Source: Squalus acanthias (taxonomy: Eukaryota). Taken from it: a DNA stretch of 64,000 bases. Positions 22,285 to 35,500 of this stretch are shown here, piece by piece. Both the position numbers and the translations under genes were made by a program. Below the pieces are notes generated by a model, which did not search any database, was not told where the DNA came from, and was given only the letters and a program-made list of their open reading frames with translations. Where the stretch lies: positions 123,320,001 to 123,384,000 of the forward strand of contig CM059431.1 of NCBI GenBank assembly GCA_030390025.1, written 5' to 3'. How positions within the stretch are numbered: the first letter of the stretch is position 1; each line of letters opens with the position of its first letter.

Positions 22285-23619
22285 TCTGTCTTGAGTTCAC
22301 CTATAGTACCAGTCACAGGATCTTCATTTGTCTAACCAAACGCCGCCAAACCTGCGATAAGTCCAGAAGAGGAAAGTGAGTTAGAGTGCCATGCTGCTTC
22401 CCAAAGGCGTGAGTTAAGGAGACACTTGTGTTAAAGGTAGGCCTCACTTTCCTGTCATATGTCTGACAGTGACAGACTGTGACTGACACAACGAGAAAGG
22501 TTAATGTTACAAGTGGGCTGCGAGCACTTTTGGGTCACCAATAGGCGGCATTACCATCAGTTCCAAGTCTAACAACAGGTCCCTAACGCGGGATTAAGGG
22601 CACTGCTGGGCAAAAGCAAAGGCTTAGGCCACTGCCAGGTCTGGAGCAAACACAAACTATTATCCTTAGATAATGCGAATTCAACAACCATTTCTATAAT
22701 CATGAAAAGAAACATTAATTAGAGTATAGTTAATTGTCTTGCACATATGCATGAAGACACATACTTTATTATTGTAAATTCAATATTCATTTTTAACTGC
22801 TGTTTTCCACTCTATTTGAATTTCAGAAGACAAGGCTGCTCTTCGCGATAATGAACATTGCACCTACCATTTCCCATTCCAATGATTGGTACTCAGGATT
22901 TTTAGGACGGTGTTAGCAGTACCACCTGACATTTCAGCAGCCACTGCTTATCATGTTATTAACCACTGGATGCACATGCAGTTGATAATGATCTACCACG
23001 GATGTGACCACATTATGTCGAGGAGACCCACTCCTGATTCTTAGCTTCAAGAACTGGTACAATGATCAGGGTAAAACAAAAGCTGCTTTTAACACCAAAA
23101 CTGTAACAAAAATCAGTTCTTCTCTTCCTTGAAATAGTTACAATGGGATTCATGTCCTCAGTGACTTAGGAGTTCAGTTTTGTGAATTCATGGGAGTTCA
23201 ACTCCTGGATGTGTGCCTCTGTTTTCTCTTCTACCAGAGATATTCATCAATTTGAATATTAAAAAGGCTTGAATGTGGGCAGCAAGAAATTTAAATACAT
23301 TCATTATTAAAATCCCTTACCTCTGGGACCAGAAAATAGCAGTGGCGAACACCGTGACTATTCTCTGTGAGTAATAAATTCTTCTGCGTGTCCATTGGAA
23401 AATTCCCCCTAGAATAGTTCCTGCCTGTCCCACTATTTTTCTAATTACATCACATACTGGCAGCATGGTTACAATTTTAAAATTGCATTGTGTTTCCTTA
23501 ATTAAATGTGACAGCATCTTCGTTAAACTTTTGATTAGAAACAAATAACATGTAACATTCTCCTGATCATTTTCTGGCAAGAAAATATTTATCCATATAA
23601 TATAAAAGAAAATAAAGTA

Positions 23620-23973
23620 AGACGTCCCAATGAAGCACTTTTCTTTGACATGTAGGCACTGTTGTAATGTAGGAAACATGGCAGCCAATTTGCGCACAGC
23701 AAGCGCCCACAAACAGTAATGAAATAAATGACCAGATCATCTGCTTTAGGTGTTGCTTGAAGGATAAATGTTGGCTAGGACAGCAGTAGAACTCCACTGC
23801 TCGTCTTCGAAATAATGCCATGGAATCTTTTACGCCCACCTGAGAGGGCAGACAGGGCCTCGGTTTGACACCTCCACCAAAAGACAGCACATCCGACAAT
23901 GCAGCACTCCCTCAGTACTGCACTGGTGTGTTAGCCTAGATTATGTGCTCAAGTCTCTGGAGTGGATCTTGAA
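23620..23973 (-). mobile_element. Deu-domain SINE (SacSINE1-like)
   Basis: Reverse complement of the Deu core (cacctgagagggcagacagggcctcggttt...gcagcactccctcagtactgcactgg). Confidence 0.85.
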
Positions 23974-23989
23974 TGTGGCCAACCCACTG

Positions 23990-24740
23990 TATTTTCACTT
24001 GATTGACCTTGTTGAGCCCGCCCAGTGGGCTCAGCAGGCCAATTAAGGGCCACCAGGCAACAGGTGACATCACAGATTGACATTTCACCTGTCAAGAACT
24101 TTTGACAGATGAAATATCAGCGTTTGACAGCTCTGTGAAGATGTCAAACACTGACAATCTGTCTTCTAACTTGAGTCCTTCCTCTGAGGCTGAGTTAGAA
24201 ATCATTCCAGCACAGAAAACAGAGGCTGCAGTTTTTGACAGCACCACGGCCATTCTGCTTTCTGTGCCGGTGAGATTTCTGACTCCCGAGACCTGAAGGG
24301 CTGACACCTGCAGGAGGAAGTTATGGTAAGTAAAACTTTTTCCCACACTTTACACTTACCTTACACACTTACCTCTGCACACATGCACTCATCACTCACC
24401 TGCCCACCGGACATATCGACCCCTCCAACCCCTGCAGACCCACGGTCCGCCTCGCTAACTTGGCGTGGTTGGGACCTGTCGGGAAGCCCACATTTCACGA
24501 TTCCAAATAGGGATTAGGCAAAAAACTGCCTGTTAACTACCTGTTAACAGGCAGTTTATTGCCACTAATCCCCTTCCCGCCTCGGGGAGGCGGCTCCCAG
24601 CACAGGTAAGGTACCCGCCTCCAGCGAAACTGGCGTGGAGGCGGGTTGGGGGCGGGATGGGTTCGGGACTCCCGAATCTGCAACTTTAACCCCCCACACG
24701 CCTCCAAACCCGCCTCCACGGGTCAATGAAAATCCAGCCC
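23990..24740 (-). mobile_element. Harbinger-type MITE fragment; terminus shared with 31016
   Basis: The end cgcctccacgggtcaatgaaaatccagccc is near reverse-complementary to gggcagaattttcattgacccgtggagg at 31016. Confidence 0.6.
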
Positions 24741-24744
24741 AAAA

Positions 24745-25794
24745 AGTCTCTTCAGACGAGCATTAGAATAACTGGATAGATGCTTAGAATCTGCTTGTGT
24801 TTTGGTTCTCTGCGGAAGTTATAGCATTCCGCACTGCGACGGTCATAAATAATCTGGCTTTCAAGCTAATTATCTGCTGTTTTCAAGTTAGGATTTATGT
24901 TTATGTATCTCTAATTGGACCAACTAAGGCTCAATGACTACGTTTCTTCTATTATTACTAATAACCATGATACAATGCTAAGGTAGCAATTGGAGTTAGC
25001 TTAACAAAACTGCTTGTGAAGATAATTAAAAGTTAATTAGTATAAAAAGACTTAGAATGGAAGGAACTTGGGGAGGTTAAGGTATCCATCTCAGGATGGA
25101 GCGGTTTGCTAGATGAAAGTGAGATAATGACTGGCTGAAGTGGGACAGCTCTGGCTTGGGTCTCATGATTGAAAGGGTACAAGGCCAGGCCTAGTACCAA
25201 TTGTACCAGGGAGGATAGGGACCAGGGAGATAAGACACGAATTTGAAAGGAAGAACCTTCACAAAGATTAAACAATAAGACAAATTGGCTGAGATCATGA
25301 GACCCCTGTAGGGGAGGGCCTTCATCCAAAAATTGAGACAAAGAACTCGACGCCCCATTGGGTACTGAGGTTTTAGGGGAAACTCTATAGTTTAAATGGT
25401 CTTGTCAATAATTTGACCTCAGGCCCAATGCTAAAAAGAGAATAAAGTTAACACCCTGAGTGCTTGCCCATACAAACAGTGGAGGGAAGAGCCAAGCAGA
25501 AGTTGGGCTGGTTGAACGCTCTTTTGAGAGCGATCCCATGCTCACCAATTCGGAGGTTCTAGACGAGAGGAAGAGCGGCCGCAAACCAGAGAACTGTTCA
25601 CGCACACCAGCCATCTGTTCGATCGGGACTGGTACCAGCTGCTTGTCACGGTCGTATGTTTTTGCTGTATAACTATCATGTTATATTCTGTCTTAAACTC
25701 TGATTAAACACAATATACCCACCATATTGGTTTGCAGTCGATCCTGATTATTAGAAAGACTAGAGATGAGCTACTAATTGGCTTAATCTCTACA
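24745..25794 (+). mobile_element. LTR-like fragment (5' end missing)
   Basis: TATAAAA at ~25041, AATAAA at 25441, and an end ...TCTACA that abuts and truncates the Harbinger derivative. Confidence 0.45.
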
Positions 25795-26434
25795 CACCTC
25801 ATTGGAACAACCTCTCTCACCATTGGCAGATCGCTTCTGTCATCTCAACCTCACCAGCCATCTATTCCATCAGCATCGGTGCCTTAGAAAATATCTCAAC
25901 TTGTTCCTCAGAATTCCACCACGATCAGCCCTAACACCTGCATCACTGGGCACAACAGCAGCAACAACAACAACAACACCAACCTTCTCCGCAATCAACT
26001 GATGCTGCACAGCACACAGGGCATCAGCACCTAACCACATTGCTGCCCGGGACGCCAGGGATGGCCTCACCATAGTCAGATTTACTTCACTTGACCTTGT
26101 ATACCCTGGCTGCCACATGATGCGACAGCATCAAGCATCCCTACAATGCCCAAGCCATTCCTTTCACACTCATCACCATTGCGGGGGGTACTCTTATATC
26201 TCACCATTCACTGCAACTCATTAAGCCACTTCCAACGGTGCACACAAATATGTCTAAGAACGCAAAGCGTTGAAAATAAAGATTTCAATGTTTGACAGCA
26301 CATTACCAGAAACTTCACATGAACATTGGCTAAAACACCCAAGTGCCTAACCTTGTGTGTCATTAGTTGGTATGATTGGACTAGAGTGAGAAGTCGCACA
26401 ACATCAGGTTATAGTCCAACAGCTTTATTTGAAA

Positions 26435-26471
26435 TCACAAGCTTTCGGAGCGCTGCTCCTTCGTCAGGTGA
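26435..26471 (-). ncRNA. Minimal hammerhead ribozyme motif
   Basis: Identical to 8941-8977. Confidence 0.75.
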
Positions 26472-27112
26472 AGTGAAGAAATACAAATGGGCACAGCATA
26501 TATAGTCAGAGAACAATGCCAGACAACTACAGTTAATCTTTCTAACTGCCCTTTATCACACCTCGGCAGAGAGACAATCACGGCAATCAAAGGTGTGGAT
26601 GGTGTCCAACCAGGTCAGTCAGGAAAACATTACATCAAAGACGATAGCAAAATACAACAAAGACAATGAGGTGGGGTCACAAGGGGTCAAATGTGGCAGA
26701 TGCTGGGGTCTGTATGGAAAACAAAAAACTATCACAGCAGGTCCAGCCGCATCTGTGTAGAGAGAACAAGCCAGTGACGACTCGAGTCTGGATGACTCTA
26801 CGTCAGGTGGGGTTACATGTAACGTGACATGATGCGGCCGGACCTGCTGTGATAGTTTTTTGTTTTCCATACAGACTGCAGCATCTGCCACATTTGACCC
26901 CTTGTGACCCCACCTCATTGTCTTTGTTGTATTTTGCTATCGTCTTTGATGTAATGTTTTCCTGACTGACCTGGTTGAACACCATCCACACCTTTGATTG
27001 CCGTGATTGTCTCTCTGCCGAGGTGTGATAAAGGGCAGTCAGAAAGATTAACTGTAATCATCTGGCAGTGTTCTCTGACTATATATGCTGTGCCGATATG
27101 TATTTCTTCACT

Positions 27113-27150
27113 TCACCTGACGAAGGAGCAGCCGCTCCGAAAGCTTGTGA
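27113..27150 (+). ncRNA. Minimal hammerhead ribozyme motif
   Basis: TCAC-CTGACGA-A-GGAGC-AGCC-GCTCC-GAAA-GC-TT-GTGA. Confidence 0.75.
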
Positions 27151-28716
27151 TTTCAAATAAAGCTGTTGGACTATAACCTGGTGTTGTGCGACTTCTCACT
27201 TTTGTCCACCCCAGTCCAACACCGGCATCTCTGCATCATGATTGGACTAGGATGAGGGTCAGTGTGAGGGGTGGCTTGTGAGATGGGGATGTGATAATGT
27301 AGATGGAGAGGAAGGAGTGGAGGTGCAAGGTAAGTTGGCGTGAGTAAGGATGTGGTTGAGTGTGGCTTTGCAGAAATGTTTCGTGATCTACTGAGATCAA
27401 TGAAAGATTTGCACCTCTGCAGCCTGGCCCTCCTGACGACATCACTGCTTGTGCCCTTCTGTGCAATGTGCAACCAGGCTGCGTTGATTTCCTGTGGAGG
27501 TGTCTTCCACCCATGGGAAGGGAAGAGAGCCTCCCTGCATGCTGTGACCCCCTCCATAAGCATATGGAGGGAGTCATGGGAGAGTCTGGGTGCAGCCGTG
27601 CACCTCTGTGCAGAGCTTGTCAGTGTTTGCAGCACCTCAATGCTGACAGCAGAATTGTCAAATTACATTTGGACATGGTCCCTTTAAGGAAACCGGCTGA
27701 TGACGTGTCATCAAATGACGTCATCAGATCCTTTTCCTTTTAATTGGCCGGGATCTTCGCAGGGCGGGCTTAACAAGCCCAATCAACGTAAAATCACTTC
27801 AACAGAGTGGAATGGAGCCAACAGCAGGGTCAGGACCCGCCACTGACCCCGGCCGCCCCAGACCCACCTCGGTAGGCGAAATCGCAGCTAAAGAGAGGGA
27901 GAGAAGGATTGGATTAAGAGCAAGAGGAAAAAGAGACAGAAAGGAAAACAATTTACGACCTGCAGGGCTGAGACTCCACAGTTTCAATTGTTCCTTTTGT
28001 GGGCTTTCAAGTTTGAGTGGCATGTGAGGACCATAAATCACCCCAGTAACAGAGTCCTTACACTATGAAATTGCAGCCCTAACTTTCTGTGGCAAGTTTG
28101 ATTCATATTTATGATGCAACTCCAACAATGTGTTGACACTCATGGGGAGGTTGACGACAAGCTCCCGTTTTAGGGAGGCTAACGCCAATTTGTGGCAATT
28201 CGCTACTCACGGCGTATCTCTTCCTTGCCACAAATTGCTGTTTTTTTTATGCCTTGATAATGGTGTGCACCATGAACTCGGACATTATATTTCCAGCAAA
28301 TGCTGGGCCAATAGTTTAAGGGCAATCATTTTACTATGCTTACGATCTCTGTAATCCCAATTTATTCTTGCCTGGCAAAATGCCATTAAATTCTTTAATG
28401 CAATCCAAGTGCTTTGTGTGCACTGGGAATATTTGTCCTTTGCTTTATGGTACAATGATGAAACATATTAAAAAATATCTAAGTTGACATTTATAACAAT
28501 AACTAGTGTATGTGAGATCAGATGTGGCTTGAAAAACTCCTGCAATAGCACAAATACCAAAAATTTATACAGGAGGATCTGAGACAACATCTAATATTAT
28601 ATTTATCTTCATGGCTAATATTTATCTTCATGGCTAATTAATATTAGTATGTATTACATATTTAATAACATCTCTCTATTGTCTGCATACTATTTGCTAC
28701 CTGACAGTATTAATGT

Positions 28717-29468
28717 GGGCCTGGAGCTTCCGCTCGACTGCACTGATTTTTTTTGGAAAAATTCGGCCAAAATCGTCATAAATAGTGCAAAAGATAGCGG
28801 AATTTTAAGCGCTATTTGCGCTCAGTGCAACTCAAGTTTCCGCGATATTCTGAGCTAGATATAAAAATATCATGCTAGAACCAGGCCCCGCCCACAAAAC
28901 TGGCCACACCCTCAGGGTGAATTAATCACCAATGGGAGTTTCTGCTAATTGCGCTCGTTTGCAGGGCTTTGAGGAGGCTTTAAAAATTAAGGTGGTTCAT
29001 TTGGGCGCAAGGACACTAAAAGGAATGTTTTGAAAGCTTTTAAATGTGATTTTTATTTAAATTTACTAATACACTGACTAATGTACCCCAATATAACTAG
29101 AAAATAGTTTTATATATTTTTAAAAGTGAATTTCAGTCATTTAAAATCGGGTAACTCGGAGGTGGTGGATTGAGACTGTGATTAAAATTGCTTATTTTTT
29201 GTGATAAACCTATTTTCAGCTGTTTTACTCAAACTTCATCAAGTTAGCGCTTTTAAATATGTGAAGGAAAAAGTTTTAAAGCAACATTTCTTTTAAGTTT
29301 AAAACCGCTGCCAGATTGCGCTGGTTCATGACAAATTTTGCGTTCGCCGATATGCAAATAAGTTTGAGCAGAAACTCGGGGGAAAGAAACACTTTTCAAA
29401 ACGGGCGCAATTTTAGCCGCAATTTGCGGCAGAATCGACAATTGCACCTGAAGCAGAAACTTTACCCC
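28717..29468. mobile_element. Harbinger-type MITE (GC arms / AT core)
   Basis: Degenerate termini gggcctggagcttccgctc ... gaagcagaaactttacccc, with repeated ttgcgc/gcgcaa motifs. Confidence 0.55.
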
Positions 29469-29759
29469 GTAATGTTTGCAAAATTAGTTAGGTTATGCCT
29501 GAATGCATATTAGAGATTCTTTAGATCCTCATGTTCATTCAAAGCTTTAAATATATTATTACTAATTGCTTTACTATATATTGCATACCACGTCAAAATG
29601 CACACATTTAGTTGCAGTTTATACATGATATAGGAGCCACATTCTGTTTCTACAGTGGAAAATAATGACCACCATTGATTTTAATGGGGGAGGAGCTATG
29701 ATAATTAAATTCTCACTCTTTTTTGCTAGGATAATGGGGAAGTGGCGCAATTAATAGCG

Positions 29760-31955
29760 TAAGCTCCTCCCAGAGTTGCAATGCGGATTCTGCCCACTAA
29801 GGGGCACAATGGACATGATCATCACCGCACGTCAACTACAAGAGAAATGCAGGGAACAGCACCAACTGCTGTACATGGCCTTCTTTGATCTCATAAAGGC
29901 CTTCAACACTGTCAACCATGAGGGATTATGGAGTGTCCTCCTCAAATTCAGCTGCCCTCAAAAGTTTGTCACCATCCTCCGCCTGCTTCATGATGATATG
30001 CAAGCCGTGATCCTGACCAACGGATCCACCACAGACCCAATTCACGTACAGACCGGAGTCAAGCAAGGCTGTGTCATCGCACCAACGCTCTTCTCGATCT
30101 TCCTTGCTGCAATGCTCCATCTCACCCTCAGTAAGCTCCCCGCTGGAGTGGAGCTAATCTACAGAACAAATGGGAAACTGTTCAACCTCCGTTGCCTCCA
30201 GTCCAGATCCAAGGTCATCCCATCATCTGTCATCAAATTACAGTATGCAGATGACACACTCTGAGGTCGAACTCCAAACCATTGTTAACACCTTCACCGA
30301 AGCATACGAGAGCATGGACCTTACACTAAACATCTGTAAGACAAAGGTCCTCTATCAACCTGCCCCCGCCACACAGTACTGCTCCCCAATTATCAAAATC
30401 CATGACAAGGCTTTGGACAACGTGGACCACTTTCCATACCTCAGGAGCCTACTGTCAACAAGGGCAGACATCGATGACAAAGTCCAATACCGCCTTCAGT
30501 ATGCTAGTGCAGCCTTTGGTGGCCTGAGGAAGAGATTGTTTGAAGACCAGGACCTCAAACCCAGCACCAAGCTCATGGTCTACAGACCAGTAGAGATACG
30601 CGCCCTCCTGTATGCTTCAGAGACATGGATCATGTACAGCAGGCACCTCAAAGCATTGGAGAGGTACCACCAATGCTGCCTCCGCAAGATCCTGCAAATC
30701 CATTGGCAGGATAGGCGCACCAACGTCAGTGTTCTCGCTCAGGCCAACATCCCCAGCATCGAAGCTTTGACCACGCTCGATCAGCCCCGATGGACGAGCC
30801 ACATCGTTCGCATGCCCGATATGAGAATCCCAAAACAAGCGCTCTACTCGGAGCTACGACATGGCAAAAGAGCCCCAGGTGGGCAGAGGAAACGCTTCAA
30901 GGACTTCCTCAAAGCCTCCTTGAAAAAGTGCAACATCCCCACCGACACCTGGGAATCCTTGGCCTAAGACCACACGAAGTGGAGGAGAAGCATCCGGGAA
31001 GGCGCCGAACACCAAGGGCAGAATTTTCATTGACCCGTGGAGGTCGGTTTAGAGGCGTGTGGGGGGTTAAAATTGTGAAAACTGGCGGGCGGGCACAAGC
31101 CCGCCTCCACGCAATTTTCATTAAATCGTGTCTGCTGGTCCCGACTCTGTCTCGTCTCTAAGAGGCGGGTTAGGCTGTTAAGGCCCTTAACATGTACTAA
31201 ATTGCCTCTATAATGCCATTTTGAGAGGCCTTTGTGCTTTTAACCCTTTTTCTACGTGAAGCATGCCTGTTCTGAACCACGAATGTGAAACCTGGCGGGA
31301 GCACATTTCGATAGCTGACTATCAGCTGGGGTCCACTATTACAACGGAGATGTTGTAGTAGTAGTAGTAGTAGCAGTAGGAGGAGGACGAGGAGGAGGAG
31401 GAGGAGGAGGAGGAGAAAAAAATATCTGGGAGTGGTGGTACAAAAATACCTGGGAGCAGACTTAGGGCTGCTGCTGCTCATTTTGCCTCCAGGTCCTCTC
31501 ACAGCAAAGGCCAGGCATTCTTTGCAAACCTTCAATACAGCAGCAATGATGACATCATCAGAGGCGACTTTCTGACTGAAAACACTAATTGGGTCATGGG
31601 TTCCCACATGCTGGAACTCAATTGCCCAATTAGGTGAAAATTGCATCAATCTCCCACATCCAATTGCAGTCGGGTGGATAACACGAAAAGTGGATAACAC
31701 GACCCCAGCCCACCCCAGTATCAAAATCCAGCGCCTTGAGTCTCTTCGCTGGGAGCAAGCGGAAGCCAAGCGCAAACATCGGAAGGAGCGCACGTCAACC
31801 GAAGCACCCCACCCACCCGCCCCTTCAACCACCGTCTGCCCCACCTGTGACAGAGACTGTAGGTCCCGCATTGGACTCATCAGTCACCTGAGAACTCATT
31901 TTTAGTTTGGAAGCAAGTCATCCTCGGTTCCGAGGGACTGCCTAAGAAGAAGAAG
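29760..31955 (+). mobile_element. RTE-clade LINE 3' portion (frameshifted RT to C2H2 finger), split by a MITE at 31014-31732
   Basis: QCGF..RGTMDMI..ARQLQEKCREQ..LYMAFFDL.KAF, GVKQGCVIAPTLF, QYADD, RIPKQALYSEL, CPTCDRDCRSRIGLISHLRTH, and an (AAG)n tail at ~31944-31955. Confidence 0.93.
31014..31732. mobile_element. Harbinger-type MITE inserted in the RTE; contains a (GTA)n(GGA)n tract
   Basis: Termini gggcagaattttca ... tcaaaatccagc. RTE sequence resumes at cttgagtctcttcgc. Confidence 0.75.
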
Positions 31956-32093
31956 TAATTTACTCCGTAATTTCCTCTTTCTTTTACAAGTGTCCCCACA
32001 CCACAGTTATGCCATTACAATGGCGCAAGTCCCCAGGAAAATCTGGGCCTACACAGCATTAATGCATAACAAATATAATCCCATGCAATTAGA

Positions 32094-32545
32094 AAGAAAG
32101 AAAGACTTGCATTTATATGACGCCTTTCACGACCAACGGATGTCCCTAAGCGCTTTACAGCCAATGAAGTACATTGAAGTATAGTCACTGTTGTAACGTA
32201 GGAAATGTGGCAGCCAATTTGCACGCTGCAAGCTCCCTCACACAGCAATGTGAAAATGATCAGATAATCTGTTTTAGTGATGTTGATTGAGGGATAACTA
32301 TTGGCCAGAACACCGGGGATAGCTCCCCCGCACTTCTTCAAAATAGTGTCATGGGATGTTTACATCCACCTGAGAGAGCAGACAAGGCCTCAGTTTAACA
32401 TCTCATCCGAAAGATGGCAGCTCTGACAGTGCAGCACTCCCTCGGCACTGCACTGGATGTTTGAGCTCAAGCTCAGAAGTGGGATTTGGAACCCACAACC
32501 TTCTGACTCAGAGTTGAGAGCTTGACCCATTGCGCCGCAGCTGAC
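32094..32545 (-). mobile_element. Deu-domain SINE (SacSINE1-like), near full length
   Basis: L2-type tail (gaaagaaagacttgcatttatat), Deu core and tRNA-like head. Confidence 0.88.
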
Positions 32546-33220
32546 CATAAAATCATACAATGATTTTAAAATTTTTAGTGTACCATTCCAGTTGTTTTAG
32601 CATTGTTGGCTATTTTGGGCCTGAACATCTATGGGGCTTTCATCGCTTTCCCACTAAACTCACATGGGAGATCGGCAGAACAACAGAAAAAGCTAGTGGG
32701 AAAGGGAAGGAGTAAGGAAAATGACTGGGGCTGGGAAGTGGGCTTGAAAATAGTTGGAGAAGAGGCAGAGACCTGATGCGGCAGCAGGATATAAAACGTA
32801 CTGCGGGGAAGCAGGCAAAGTGGTCGACAAGTATGGTGGCCAGATCACAAAAAAGCAAGCAGCAAACTTCAGGGAGCTGGGCCAGCATCACATTTCTGCT
32901 TCCACGTGCCTGTTGTGCCTCCATTATAGGGACATATATCGGGAATGCCCATAGTGAACCCAATGGTAAGGGCTCCATGACCCAAGGCTGGAAGGTAGCT
33001 TGTAGAATCCTGCACAGCTGAGAATAAAATCTCAGTCAAAGTTGATGTTTCAGACAATGTTTGTGGGCATTCAAAGTCTGTGAGCTCAACCACTTTGACA
33101 AATCGTGAAGGTAACGTACTCCTCTTTACTCCAGATTTAACTTAAGTCAGGTGAAATTCTGGTGTAAATAGCAGAATTTCTGGGACAGCAGCTTTTGCCC
33201 TCATTATCTTGCCACTTCCA

Positions 33221-33570
33221 TTTTTTTTATTCGTTCATGAGATGTGGGCATCGTTGGCAAGGCCAGCATTTATTGCCTTGAGAAGGTGGTGGTGAGACAC
33301 CTTCTTGAACCACAGAGGGCAGTTAAGAGTCAACCACATTGCTGTGGGTCTGGAATCACATATAGGCCAGACCGAGTAAGGACGGAAGATTTCCTTCCCT
33401 AAAGGACATTAGTGAACCAGATGGGTTTTTATGGCAATCCGATAGTTTCATGGTCACCATTACTGATACTAGTTTTTAAATTCCAGATTTATTTAATTAA
33501 ATTTAAATTCCTCAACTGCCTGTGGTGGGATTTGAACTCACATCTCCAGATCATTAGTTCAGGCCTTGGG
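33221..33570 (-). mobile_element. tRNA-derived SINE, common shark family
   Basis: Poly-T end, gggcagttaagagtcaaccacattgctgtgggtctgg core, and a B-box-like gggatttgaactc. Confidence 0.65.
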
Positions 33571-34989
33571 ATTTGAGGTGCATCCTCTGCCAGTATCCAA
33601 ATATACTGGAATTTATTGTGTATTTTAGAACAGGTAAAGCTCTGGTGTATACAACTTATACCCCAAATTCTGATCCCCTAGGGCAGTTTTACACCAGAAA
33701 TGTCTTGGAAGTTTGGGCCCTAAATTTATTGGGCTCCAAAAGTCCATAGTCATGCTCACTGGTGCCCTCCAGCACTGACTCCATTGGATTTTGCAGGCTC
33801 AGTGAGCGGGCACCTCATTGCATGGGGCTGTCGAGCATCCATGCCAATGCAAGTTCATCTCCAGTGCCTGTTTGCCCCATGCAGCCGGAAAATCTGGCAT
33901 TGGCTCTGTTTCCCCCTCCCCAAGGCTCCATGGAGCCTCCCTCAGTCTTATGTCTGAGGGGACCAATTCAAATAATTTAAAAAAAGCAATTGACCTGTTC
34001 TTCTGGATTCCTGGTCACTTCTTTTGCCTGGATCCCCTTCCCTCCTGATAAGACTAACTTGCATGCTTCTGGAGTCTGGAGTGTTTCATAGCAGCCTCCA
34101 GTGTTCGGCTGAGTCCTTTCTGAACCAAGGAATTGGGAACTCCTGGCATGAGGACTCTCCGCCCTCTTTGGGTTACTGGCCTTGTAAGGGGCGTGCAGAC
34201 GTTCTACCCCTTATAAAACTGACTGGGAGCTACCAGTGTTGGTAGTAATTCAGCAGAACCCTTGAGGAAACTATGGGTCATTTTCTTTCTGTCTGAAAAT
34301 ACTACTAATTAACCAAATTAAATCAGTGTTAACAAGTGAATATAGGTCAAAGGATTTTGATTTTAGTTTTTATTTGTATGCCTTCATCTAAAGCAATTCT
34401 GTCACTTCTAGTGAATAAGCACTTTGATTTTTTTTTAATTATTTTGATTAAAATATGTTACTGACCTAATTATTTTGCCTGTGTTGAAGCATAATTAAGC
34501 TCTCGGGCCTTTTTAAACATTTATTTATTGTATAACTAACATGATCCTTGAGTCACAACTATAAAGCCTCAACAAAAAAAATCCATCGCAAAACTGCCAT
34601 CCAAATTAATGCTTTGTCACATCACAAGCCAACAGTATTTATTTTTGTGTGCTTCTAATGCAGTAAAACCCAAATCTCTTGTCGGCTAATCAATTGTATT
34701 GCTAGTATCTAATAACAGTATGGGGAATTAAAATTCATCACTGTTGCCAGTCCTATGGCGACACTGTTTGCCGGGCCGCTACTACCTCTAATCCTGCCAA
34801 TGTTAATGTTGCCTCTCCAGACACTAATGTTGATCATTGTTCAGCCAAACTTATTGTTGCCAATTATGATATTACTACTGCTGTAATGGGCATTTCTGAT
34901 GCAATTTGTATCCTGTTTGATCAGCTCTGGTTTCTGCCTTACTAGGCAGAGGACGACAAGCAGACACTGTCTAGGGAAAAAGGGAAGAG

Positions 34990-35500
34990 AGAGGTTCGGA
35001 GGGAGCAAAAGCATGGTCAAAGAGAAAACAGGAAGGGATGAGACAAGGCAGATGTGAGATAAGGTGGAGCTCCAGCGGGTGGAGGTATGGTGGCTGAAGG
35101 AATGGCTTCAGTTGGTGGAGTGAAGTGGGCAGGGAACAAAAAGCAGAAAAGTGTCTCAAAGAAATGGAGGCTACGCACAGGGTTATATGGCTGGAGGAGA
35201 TCACAGCAGCATTGAGGGCCATGAACATGGACTGATTTGAAGGTAAGGAATTGAATCTTATAGCCAGTTTTCTGGGGCATGTGAAGCCAATGGAGCTTCA
35301 TGAGAAGAAGGATGATGGGATTGCAGACCTTAATGCGGGTAAGAACACATTCTGGATGATTCGTAGCTTATGAGGAGCAGAACCGAGGTTGCTGGCTGGA
35401 GAATATTGGAAAGATTCAGCCCCAGGGTGGTAAAGGTATGGACTAGGGTTTCAGCAACAGAGAGAAGTAAGGGTAGAGGCGGGTGATGTTTGGGAGCTAG
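34990..35500 (-). mobile_element. Old L2 LINE fragment
   Basis: Minus-strand AETLVHTFTT..L and KLHWL..YKIQFLTFKS, typical of the L2 ORF2 C-terminus. Confidence 0.65.

Larger units (their letters stand above)
26385..27237. mobile_element. Penelope pseudo-LTR inverted duplication (fold-back) insertion
   Basis: Arms ~26385-26753 and ~26831-27200 are reverse complements and both match 8853-9300. Perfect 13-bp TSD ATGATTGGACTAG at 26372-26384 and 27238-27250. Confidence 0.92.
25795..27889 (-). mobile_element. Non-autonomous Harbinger deletion derivative, copy 2 (contains the Penelope fold-back)
   Basis: Myb remnant in ORF 27171-27635(-). The terminus gaaatcgcagcta matches tagccgcgatttc at 14420. 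Confidence 0.8.

Noticed and set aside
28600..28640. Short tandem duplication (atatttatcttcatggcta x2)
   Set aside because: Ordinary slippage duplication.
31197..31880. 227-aa minus ORF with poly-Leu, membrane-like
   Set aside because: The poly-Leu comes from (GGA)n/(GTA)n microsatellites inside a MITE, and the ORF crosses a TE junction.
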